The position numbers and the translations under genes are program-made. Positions 22,264 to 33,330 of a DNA stretch of 64,000 bases are shown one piece after another. This DNA is from Cyanophora paradoxa CCMP329 (taxonomy: Eukaryota; Plantae; Glaucophyta): the NCBI GenBank assembly GCA_004431415.1, contig QPMI01000473.1, positions 1 to 64,000 of the forward strand. Direction: 5' to 3'. The notes below the pieces were generated by a model, which was given only the letters and a program-made list of their open reading frames with translations, made no database searches and was not told where the DNA came from. Numbering within the stretch: the stretch's first letter is position 1; each line of letters begins with the position of its first letter.

Positions 22264-25200
22264 CTATTGATAGCTACAGGCTAGGCGCCGCGCGCGCAGC
22301 CGACGTTGGACGGGTAGAAGACTCGACGTCACGCCGCCACCGGGGATTCGGCGCTTGCCACTGCAGCTGCGGGTTGCGCCGCGGCCAACTTCGCCTGGGC
22401 GCGCGGAGCCGTCAGCGGGGCGGGGGCCGCGGGGCGCGCGGGCCGGCGGGCCGGGGCGGGGCGGGCGCGCCTGGCGGGCCTCGAGGCGCTGGAGGATGGC
22501 GCCGATGTGGTCCGGGGCCGCCTCCTTGGCCCGCCCACGGCGGCCCGTCAGCGTGGCCGCCTTGAGCTTCGACCAGCGCTCCCGCGCCGAGCAGGGCGCC
22601 CCGGTTCCCTCGAGCTCGGGCCCCGCGGGGGCGTCGGGAGAGGGCGGCGCCGGCGCCGCTCTCGGCTCTTCCAGCGGGTTCGAGGCGGGGCGCCGCAGAG
22701 GGCTCGCGCTGTGGGCGCTGGTGGAAAGAGCCGCGAAGGAGCCAGGCCTGCACGCGGGCACGTGGGTCAATTGCGAGGACTGACTGGCAGAGGCGCAGGC
22801 GCGGGCGTGGCGAAGCGCACCGTGCGGACCCGGCGCGGCCGGCGCCGGCGGGCGGGGCGGGCACCTCAAGGCTGGCCCCCATGGCCATGGCCAGCTGCAG
22901 GGAGCCAGAGCGCGCCGGGCTGGCCGCGGGGCGCGCGGCCGCGGCCGGCGAGGCGGTCATGAGGCTCGTGCGGCGCGCTGCGGGCCGGCCGCGGGGCGTC
23001 AGCGCTAGCCAGGGCGGGGCGGGGCGGGGCAAGCTTAAGGGTCGCGATCGGTGCGGTTCAAAGGGCGCACCGCTGGCGTTCCGCCGGACGGCGTCGAGCA
23101 GGGAATTCGAAGCCGGCGTGATGGGCCGCGAGCTCGAGGCCGTCCCGAGAGGGCTCCCGCCGCCCTCGCGCGGCGCCGGCCGCGGCTGAGGCCCCGCGGC
23201 GGGGGCCGCGGCCGGGTCCACCGCATCCGCCGCCGCGCCGTCGAGGCACGCCTCGGTGGGCGGTGCGGGGGAGGAGCAGCCGAAGAACAGCGGGCTGCCG
23301 CCGAGGCTCGCGATCGAGCTCGGGGCCGCGGCGTGGCGGTAGAGGAGGCGGCGGAGGAGGCGGGCCCGGGGTGCGGGGCGGGGAGGCCCCGCGGGAGGCC
23401 CCCGAGCTGCGGCCCGTGCTGGAGCCGGCCTCCGTGTCCGAGCAGAAGCGGACGCGGAAGCTCCCGGCCCCGGGGCACGGCGACCGCTCCGCGGCCGACG
23501 TCGAGGGCGCCGGCGCCGCGAGGGCCCGGGGCTGGCCACGGGCTGGCGGCGCCCGAGGAGGGGACGGAGATGGTGAGGGAGGCGAACCGCCCGCGCACGC
23601 AGATCGGGCCGGGCCCCATCTGGATGAGGCGGGGCGACCCGGAACCCGCCACGGGCGAGCCCTCCCGCCCCGCCGCCGCCACCGCTGCCCCCGCCAAAGA
23701 TCCAGAGTGTCAGCGGAGAGGCGCGAAATTGACCAGGGCGGGGCGGGGCGGGGGGCGGGTCGCACGTTCGCCCGAGAGGAGCGGGGGCGGGCCGGGGACG
23801 GCGTGGGCGGCCGGCGCCGACACCAGGGCGCCCAGGGCGGCGGCGAGGCCCGGCCCGCTCACGCCGGCGCTCGAGAGGCTCCCCATGCCCTCCCCTTGGC
23901 GCCGGCGCCCTCCGCCGCCGCCGCCGCGGGGCCCGACGCCGCGCGCGCGTCTGCACCGAAGCGGAAATTCAGCGGAAATTCATCCGAGGGCGGCGCGGCG
24001 GAGCATGTCGGGCGCACGGCGGCGCTGGAGGGCCTCGACGTGGAACGAGGCGGGGCCGTCCGCGAGGACAGCGATGTAGAACCAGCCTGCAGGGAACGCT
24101 TATAATTAGGCGGGAGGCGCAGAAGCGGGGAAGCGGGGGCGGGGCGGGGCTCGCCTGCGCGGAAGCGTGGGTGCGAGGGCTCGACGACGACCTCGGCCGA
24201 GGCGGGGAGGCCGGCGCCCGGGACGGCCACGGCCGCCCGCTGCGTCCAGGGGGCGGTGCCAGGGGAGGGGAACTTGTCCGCGGCCGAGACGGCGAGCGTG
24301 GCTGTGCGCCCCTCGTCGCCCAGCACCTCCGTCTCCGGCTGCGCTGCGGGGCCGTCAGCGACGCAAATTCAGCCGCGACGGATTCGAGTTCCAGAGGCCT
24401 AGGGCGCACTGAGGCGGACGACGAGGGCCTGGCGGGCGTCGCGGGCCTCGACGCGGAAGCAGGCGGCGCGGGGCGGCCCTTGGCGGCGCGCCCCGCGAGC
24501 GGGTGGAAGAGCCGCAGGCACGGCGAGGCGCACGCCCGGACGGAGAGGCGGTACTCCGCCGCCTCCGCCCCGTGCACCGCTGCGCGCGCCCCGAGGTCAG
24601 CCCCGAGCTGGAGTGGCCGGGCACTGCAGCTGGTGCCAGCGAGCTGACCGAGGAAGAGGGGCCCGGGGCGGACGGCCCAGGCCGGGTGCGCGTCGTTCAC
24701 CTCGATCGCGAGGACGCCGCCGCCGCCCCGCGCCGATGCGAACTCGTGCTGCTCCTGCGCGCAAGCTGCAGTCAGCGGGCGGCTCGCGATCGGCGGGGAA
24801 TCAAAGCAAAGCAAGGGGCGGGCGGGGGGGCGCGCCCTGCTGGGGCGCTCGTGGGCGAACGAGGCGAAGAGGTCGGGGTCCCCCGAGCTCGCCTTCAGGC
24901 GGATCTGAGCTCGCTCGAGCTCAGCGAAAAGGAACTTGATTTGAACGTAATTGGAGCTGGGCGGGGCGGGGCGGACGAGGAGGCGGTCGGCGCCCTTGGG
25001 GAGGGCGAGGCGGTAGTAGCGGGACTCGCCGGCCGAGACGCTCCCCACCGCCGCCTCGCCCGCCCGCAGCGCCGCGTGCTCGAAGAACTGCCGCGCCGGT
25101 TTAATAAGATGGACCGAGCTCGTATTTAATTCAATGATTTTAATCATTTTTGCGCGCGCGCCTCCCAGCGGTCTGCCTTGCGCATCATGTCGCGGATCTC

Positions 25201-26609
25201 CTCGAGGTCCGAGTCCTGCGATCAAATCTGTCATCAAGATCTGATCCGGGTGGACGTTCGAACACATCGGCGCACAAACTGGTTCTCCTGCGACCCGCCG
25301 CGCCGCCGCGGCTCGCGGTGCACCTGCGGGCACGAAACTGAACGACCGGAAAAGGAAAGCAGACCGCGAAAAGACGCGAAATTTAAAGGGCGCACGCGCT
25401 CGGAGCTGCGCCCTGCGAGGTGCTCCATCCAGGAGAGCGAGGCCGGGGGCGCGTGCTCGTGCCGCGCCTCGCAGTCGCCCTCGTCGGAGCTCGCCGTCGA
25501 GTGGCGGCCCGACGCGGGCGGCTGGCCCTGGCCATGGCCGAGGGGCCCGGGGACGTTCAGGGGGCGGGCGTGCCCCGCCTCGCCCTCCGAGCATTCGAAC
25601 GCGGAGGCGGCGGAGGCGAGTTCGGGCCCGAGCTCGCCGGCCGACGCGTACGCCTCCAAATCGGTGGCTGCAGCTGCCTCGGCGCGGCGCGCGGGGAAAG
25701 TCCCGATCGAGGTGAAGTCGGGCGAGTAGCAGAAGGAGGCGGAGGGGGGAAGCGGCAGGCTGCGGCGCTTGAGGGCTGCCATGGCCAGGCGCGCCCCGGA
25801 GGCCGGCGGCGCCGGAGACTCGCGATCGGACTCCGCGGGCTGCAGGCAGAACGACCCGACGCGGGGGGCAGTGGCGCGGGCCCGGGCGAGCGGGGAACCC
25901 TCCGCGTCGGGGGAGGGCTTCTGGAATGCGGGGGCGACGGGGACGGGGGCGAGGAGGGGCGGGGCGGGGGACCAGGAGCTGGGCGCGCGCGGCTCGATGA
26001 CGGCGAGGCGGTCGCGGCCAGCGCCGGCGCCGCTGAGCAGCGACGCCGCGAGCGCGACGGCCGCCGAGACCTCCGAGGCCTCCCGCGAGGGCCGCCGCTT
26101 CCCCTCGCCAGGGACCTTGACCGAGGCGGAGCGGGCGCCCTCCTCCTCCGCATCCCTCTCCCGGGCCCGCACCAGCGTGAAGGAGCGCGACGCGCGGCCG
26201 ATCTGCACGGCCGGCAGCAGTGGCGAGCCGTACGCGTCGCCGGCGCCCGCCGGCGGCCGGGCCATGGCCAGCGAGGAGGCCTCGGGCTCCTGTACGCGTG
26301 GAAAATGAGCCCGCCGCGCAGCGCATTTAATCCAAATACTCTAGATCTGTAAATCGATATCAAGTAAACTGCAGCTGTTGGCTTGCGCACGCTGGCGGCC
26401 GCGGGCGGCGAGGCGGCGCCCTCGACGAGGTAGGCGAGGCGGTCGATCTTGCGGTCGAACTGGACGAAGTCGGCGCGCTCCGCCGCGCTCCCCCGCCTCG
26501 CCTGCGCGCCCGCCGATGCCGCAGCCGAGTAGAGCGGGGCCTCCGGCGGCCCGAATGACAGCAGAGCGCCGGCCTGTGACGCCTCGTGGGGATCTTCGCG
26601 CGGGGGCAT
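22264..26609 (-). CDS. Multi-exon GC-rich gene with a PPC-like beta-sandwich domain and long Ser/Pro-rich regions
   Basis: GSVSAGESRYYRLALP..IRLKASSGDPDLFASF..LFL..VHGAEAAEYRLSV resembles a pre-peptidase C-terminal domain. ATG at 26609; 3' end approximate. Confidence 0.55.
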
Positions 26610-26630
26610 GACGGCAAACAGCAATGCTAG

Positions 26631-26631
<1 letters not shown>

Positions 26632-26673
<42 letters not shown>
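26632..26673 (+). repeat. (GCT)14 microsatellite
   Basis: Direct reading. Confidence 0.95.
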
Positions 26674-26675
<2 letters not shown>

Positions 26676-26732
26676 GCTATACGTAGTAGCTAGATCAAGA
26701 TTTCAGGAGCTGGCTCGCCGCGCGCGCGTGTC

Positions 26733-29700
26733 TTTTTTTTTTTTTTTGGTGAATTACCGGCCACAGTCTCTAGACACCAGCACTGCGGGGGCTGCCCAGG
26801 GGGCATAAAGACAAAAAAGCAAAATAACTAAGACAAGAGCACGAAGAAAGATAAGACAAAGAGCCAAAATCGACAATAAAAAAGGAAAGACACAGAGCTC
26901 GAGACAGATCGATAGCGAGAAGAGACGATAAATCGAGCAGATCTAGGGACAGAGGATAACTGACACGAAGAAGAGCCAGAGCTAGAGATACCATCAATAT
27001 CAGAAGGAATTACATCACTAAGAAGCGGGGGACAAAATTGAGAAAGATAAATAACAGGAAGAAGACAAGTAAGAGGAACAACAAGACGACATGGAGGCGG
27101 AGGCGAAGCAGGACGATGCGAAAGGGCAGAGCTACGGCACGAGGTCGAGGAGGACACAGGAGGCGGAGCAGGCGGATCAAGAGCAGGCAAAAGGACAGTC
27201 AAAGGAATCACTAAAGCCGGCCAGGGTCGAGGCGGGCAATCGAACTGCAAACGACGGCGAACAACAGGTCGAGCACGAGGACTATAGCTAGTATTGAAAC
27301 TAACTCTAGCATCAACACTACGATCAGAATCCGAACCAGACCGAACTAAACTAGAAGACGAAGAAGTACGCCGGCGCCGGCGGGATACGATCGCGACCAG
27401 CGAAGCAGAAGACGAAGGCAAAGGCGGCAGTCCGGTATCAAGAACAAAGGCCGGAGGGTCCGGCCCGGCAAACCGCCGGGGGGAAGTAGAAGGAGCCGCA
27501 GGCTCGGCAAGCCGGCGACGGGTACGACCACGAGTCCGGGAGGAGATCGGGGAAGCCGGTCCCGGAGCTGAGGGCCCAGGAGCAGAGCCAGGAGAAGGTA
27601 AGCCCGGCGAGAAATCTGACCCGGAGCCGGAACCCAGCGAACGACGACGACGAAGAGGCCCCCGAGGAGCCACGACGGGGGAGCTACCGAGCAAAGTACT
27701 GACAGCCGGCGCCGAACACGGCGGCGGAGGTACCCCGCAGACAGTGGCAGGCGGAGAGTCCAGGGTCGATCGAGAGATCCGCCGACGGGAATGCGGCGGG
27801 GGCCGACGAGACGGAAGAGGCCTAGGCGAGGAGGGGGCCGAGGAAGGGTCGGAGGCAGGGGAAGGGCCGCGAGCAGGTGACGGGGATCGCTGCCGGCGCC
27901 GAAGAGAGGGCAGCGAAGCTGGAGAAAGGTCGGGTGGCGCCGGATCAGATGACACGGAGGTCATGGCCATGGGCGGCGCAGAGAGAGACGAGCTCGAGGG
28001 CGCAAGGGCCCGACGAGGGCGCCGGCGGCGAATCTCACGAGCGCCAGGAAGCGGGATAGGACCCGCATATGGGACCCGAGGCGCCGAAGGGGGAGCAGGG
28101 AGCCGGAATGACGGGGAGACCGAAAAGAGGACAGTCTCGCCAACACTCGGAAGCGGGGCAGAGGCCGAGGACCCGGAGCTCGAGGGGGGGAGGAGGGCGG
28201 AGGAGGAGAGAGAAGGCGGCTATTCGAAGGGTATGGAGAATCGAGAGCGGAGGCGAGGGAGGCCGAAGTGATGGCGAGCTCTGGAGGCGAGGGGGCCTGC
28301 AAGCGGATCCGGGAAAGTGGATGCAGATGCAAAGAGACCGGGGACGTAGAGGCGGTAGGGGCATGCAAAAAGATAGTGCCGCCCAGCGTCACAGTTGCAG
28401 AAGCGGGGGCAAGAAGGATGGGCTGAAGAGGGGGCTGAACCAGGAGGACGTCAGAAAGAGGGCCTCGCAGGGGCGGAAGTGGAGGAGCAAGGGGAAGAGG
28501 TAAGAAGGGGTATGGAGCTGCAAGATGACCAGGGACCTGCCGGGGAACAGGCAAGTGAAGAGGCCCCGTGACAGCAAGTTGTAAGGAGGGAGGAGGCAGA
28601 GGCGGGGCCAGAGGGCCAAGGAGCACAGGGATCGGGACCGCAGGGAATGGGGGAAAGGAGCGTCGAGAGGGGCAGCGAGAGCAGGAATAGGAATGGGCCC
28701 AAGGGTCACTACAGGGGCCAGAGCAGGAGGGGACGGCGCAGGAGGCGGGCGACCACCAGGGATCCCCAACGGGACATTCCCACGAACGGCAAACTCCGCA
28801 GGATTCCGGAGGACAGAATCGATGTCACGCGAAGAGACGAGGTTGTCAGCACCGCCCGAAGAAGGAGCGCCGGACGAGTCAGAATCAGAGCTTGAACTAG
28901 AACGATGAGAACCGGTACCAGACTCTGAATCATGTGCGTCATCATCCGAGGCAGCCTGATCATCAGCGTCAGCAGCAGCCAAGCGAGCGCGCCGCTCCTC
29001 CAACAAGGCCGAAGCCTGCGGAAGGGTGAACTCGAGGTACGACATATTTCTGTCCCAGGCGGCAACAAGCGCGGCGCGGTTGTAAGAAGGTGCATCAATG
29101 TCAGCCTCCTCAAGATCGCACCGAGCGCGAGCAACCTGTTGGATGGAAAATACGCCAGCAAGGATCGCTCCAAGTGAGCGAAGGCAGAAGGCGGGGTTAA
29201 CTTTACTGCGCAAAATGGGTCCAGATAAATCCGGAACCGAGAGGATGTGGAAGAGAGAGAGGTCAGGCACTGCGACCTCTTCACGCTCATCCGGTGGAAG
29301 AGTAGAAGCCCAGAAATTCAGGCGCTCACGAATGAAATCCCAGAACGAACGAGAAAGCGGGCACTCAGAGAAAACGTGCGCGTGAGAGCGAGCAGATCCG
29401 TCATTACAAACCCGACAGAAACGACGGCGGGGCGACTGTTGCTCGCCCAAACGATACAATTTGAAATGCAAACGGTAAAGAGCATCGATCCAAAGCATCG
29501 GGAAACACTGAAGGACGACAAGATTAGGAAGACGGGACGGAGACAAGGCGCCGGGAAACCCCCACTTAGCATCGGGCATCTGAGCGTGGCTAGACACATC
29601 GCGAAGCCGCTGGACCTCAAGGCAGTAGAAGCGACGAACAGAGGAGAGGCGGAGAGGGAGCATACGAGCGAAAGTGAACGCAAGATTATCAAGAGAAAGA

Positions 29701-31547
29701 AAGGCCGAAGGACCTGCGCCAAGAACAAAAAGGCCAGGCAGGGTCCCGCGACGAAAAGAGAGGAAGACAGCGCTGAAGCAAACATGCAGCGGGAGCAAAC
29801 GGGACAGAATTGAATTGGAGCTCGAGGATAGGCCCACAGGGTGGGAAGCCGCAGGGCGGCAAGGAACGCGCGGTACGTAGTCCAGCACCCGTGGAATTAT
29901 CTGGTTATCGCGAACGGGGAAGGCAACAAAAGTACCACTTGGGCCTCGAAGGAGAGCAAACGAGGCGTCCGGTCCGGACCACCAGAGATGCTGAGGCGGC
30001 GGTGCAGGGGCCTCGAGAACCTGGCGCCAAGTAGCCGGGAGCGCAGAGCACAGACTAGGGAAAAAGGAGTGGAGGGCGGAGGAGGCAGCTGCTGGAGCCC
30101 GGAACCCCCGGGCAGCACAATCCCAGATATCGCAGACCCGCAGCAAGCCGGACCGTGCACAGCGACTCCAGTCGACCTCGTCGCCGGGAGTACTGAACAG
30201 AGGATTGAAGAAAAGAGGTTGGGATAACACTTCGGGAGAGTTACGAGGTTGACACACGCCCTGGCGCTGAGCCCACTCGGAGAGAGTCTGCTTCCAAATA
30301 GGAGGCAAGTCAAGTCTGTCAAGTGGGAGGCGGAGCGAGACAAGGGCGGGGCCATAGGAAAAAGGTGCCAGCTGAGCGTCCAGTTTGCTCAAGAGGTACT
30401 CCTTCCAAGGAGCCGAACAAGAGGGGTCAGCGAGCAAGGCCACCCACTTCATTTTCAGCGATAACGAAAAAGCTCGAATATCCGGGCAGTTGAGACCACC
30501 TTGACGCCACGGCAGAGGAGAAATATACTTCGAAAGCTGCCCGCTCACGCCAGCAAAAGCGCGAAGCTTCTCTTGCCATGTCGAATACTGAGCATCAGGG
30601 GGTCAAGCAAATATAGAGCATAATGTAGGGACCCAATAAATACAGCCCAGGCAAGGAGAACGCCGGAACGCATCGGCATGCGATAAGTCTTCGCTTGCTG
30701 GACACGGATATCAAGAGCAGCGTTCTTTTTCCGCCAGAACCGAGACAGATCGGGCTCTAGTGGAAAGCCCAGGTATTTTCGAATTTTTTCAGCGGGAGGG
30801 AGATCCGTCACCTGAAGACGCCGCCAGGGGCAGTCCTCGACGCTAGGCCAGGCATGTGCGGGGATATCGCGGAGTGGAAGAAGGCTAGATTTCTCGAGAT
30901 TAATAAGAGCTCCAGAGAGCCGGCAGTATTTATCAAAGCACTCTTTCCAGAAAGGCAATTCGGTAAAAGACGAGATTAAAGGAACAGTGTCGTCTGCAAA
31001 CTGGAGCACCTTGCAAAGAGAGCTAGAGGACAAGCGGACACCTCGTATACGAGCATCAGCATTAATCAAAAGGGCTAAAAGGTGTGTGCACAAATTATAT
31101 AGATAGGGCGAAAGGGGGCCACCCTGACGTACACCGCATCGAATGGGGAAAGGGGCGGAGGTCCAGCCGTTAATGTGAACAGAACCCTGCAGATCAGAGT
31201 AGAGCAGGCGGACCCACTTGATAAATTGGGACCCGAAACCGAACTGTTCGAGCGACCAGAAAAGGAAGCTCCAGTTAACGCGGTCATAGGCTTTTGAAAA
31301 ATCAAGAAATCCGAAGCACAGCTGTTCGAGTGCAGGATTACCGCCCTCGTAATGCATGAGAAGATAAACAAGCATAACCTGGTGCACTGCGGACCGACGA
31401 TGAATAAAGCCAGACTGAAAGCGGGATACAAGACCAGACATGAGTGGCGTTAAGCGGTTGGAGAGGGCGCGCTCGACTGCACGCTCTTCGACATTAGAGA
31501 GAGAAATTGGGCGGCGATTTGCAATCAAAGTAGGGTCCGTTGCCGGT
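26733..31547 (-). mobile_element. 5'-truncated L1/Tx1-like non-LTR retrotransposon
   Basis: Poly(A) tail, read as poly-T at 26733-26747. TSD GCGCGTGTC(T) at 26724-26733 and 31548-31557. Carries RT and CCHC domains; endonuclease and ORF1 are missing. Confidence 0.93.
28389..31528 (-). pseudogene. LINE ORF2 fragment: reverse transcriptase + zf-RVT (frameshift near 30550-30610)
   Basis: Motifs RPISL, QSGF, LDFSKAYDRV, GVRQGGPLSPYLY, FADD, KYLG, GGL and CRVC..HVFSECP. Confidence 0.92.
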
Positions 31548-31557
31548 GCGCGTGTCT

Positions 31558-32300
31558 GATGATGAACGACTCGACTGCCGTCTAAACTGAAAGCACGCCC
31601 TCCCGGACGTTCTCAGCTGTCGCCGTCGAGTCGGAGTCGACCGCACCACGTATACGAGTATACGGACGCGCGGACCGCGGCGCGCGCGCGTCGCCACTGG
31701 GCCAGGTCGCTGCTCGCGATCGGGAGTCGGGAGTCGGGAGCGCTCACTGCAGGCTGCAGCTGATGAGTCGACGTCACTGAGTCACGGTCACCCGCGCGCT
31801 GCCGGCCATGCCCGCGCAAGGCTGATGACAGCCTTCGACAGGTACGTGGTGATCCGCCGGGTACCGGTACTGATGACAGCGTACGCCGGGTACCCCTCGA
31901 TCATGATCATGATCAGGATTCAGGACCGCGCGCTGCGCGCGCACAGCGGCGCACTGCGGCAATTGCAAGTTTGAAACCGCGAGCTCGAGGCTCGAGCTCG
32001 AGGGCGGCCCGCCGGGCCCGGGCCGGGCCTCGCGAGTCGCGAGTCGCGACTCGCGACTCTGAGTCGCGACTCGCGAGTCGCGACTCGCGAGTCGCGAATC
32101 GCGATTCGCGAATCACTCGCGATCGGCGCCGATTCGGCGCAGTTGATCGGCGCAGTCGCGAATGATTGTTGCCAACAACGACAAGTTCAACCGTTGAACA
32201 GGCCCAGTTGCTTGAAGTCAACCCCGGCCCTGTCACAGTGTGAGTCAGTGGCAGTGCCGACTCAGTGCTGTCACTAAAAGTCACTGAATCTATAGCTGAA
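31558..32300. repeat. Palindrome-saturated cryptic simple-sequence block
   Basis: For example 32030-32120 is an orientation-alternating array of TCGCGA and GAGTC/GACTC units. Confidence 0.85.
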
Positions 32301-32710
32301 TCTATAGCTTCACTAAAAAGGCGTGTGCCCTTCGTACGTTTAATACGTCGTTTGTACATCGATGGCGCACAAAGGGTGTTGACTCAGGCACTTCTTTCAA
32401 TCGCGAACAGTTGGAGCCCCCTTTTTTCTCTTTGTTTTGGCAATGACGCCAGCTTTCACATGTTGACTCGTTTTTACGTTTGAAAGCATATGAGGTTGCG
32501 GCGAAAAAAATCAATCGCCAAATGAAAAAGGCTACTTTTCCAGCCTTCAATTTCAAGCTTCATCGGCGAATCATCGCATGCACATGCATCAATTGCAAAT
32601 GATTATGACTCCTAATTTTTTAATTCAAGGCCACCAGTAGTCACTCTAGATCTACTGGTGATGGCGTGTGCCTGATGGCCGGCCAGTGCGGCGGCCACTG
32701 CGGCCAGTGG

Positions 32711-33330
32711 CTGAGCCCCACCCTGCTCACTTCCTATCGTCCAGCTCCTACCCTGCTAGCGCAGCCTCCCACTTCGACTCTCGGGGTTCTGCCCTCCTCC
32801 CCCTACACCGATACATCCCCCACGGACGACTCCTCGATGCCCGCCTCGTTCTCGTCCCCATCCTCACCTATTCCCCAATTCAACAGACCCCACCAGCCCC
32901 CTCGCTAACTCCTTCCTCCAGCAGACCTCCGGGACACTGGCACCTACTTGCTCTATTTCCACAGACGCGCTCATTCTACTTCTACAATGGCTCCCTCGAC
33001 GTTCCTGATCACCTTGTCTCCTTTGCACAAGACTTGGCGGCCACTTGGAGTCAGCGCGACTCTGGATCTCCCCTCCCCCCCACTCCCTTCTGCAGATGGA
33101 CCTATCTACGCCCGGAGACATCCCTCTCCGTTCTCCAGCCCCCAAACAGCACGGCCTGCGGTCCACTCCTCCTCCTCACAGCTGACCTACTCAGTCGCTC
33201 CTCAGCACTTACCCCGTCGGACCTGCCCCGCCCCCCAGCCTACATTCAGGCCGACGCTGCAGCGCTCCGCAGATACCGTGAATATATTGCCCTCAGCCTC
33301 TGCTACGGGTCCGTCACCCTTGACCCCCTA
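32711..33330 (+). pseudogene. Ulp1/C48 (clan CE) cysteine protease domain inside the retrotransposon
   Basis: HFLSSSSY..LLDARLVLVPI..GHWHLLAL..FYFYNGSL..QPPNSTACG gives the His, Asn (for Asp), Gln, Cys order of clan CE. Confidence 0.8.
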
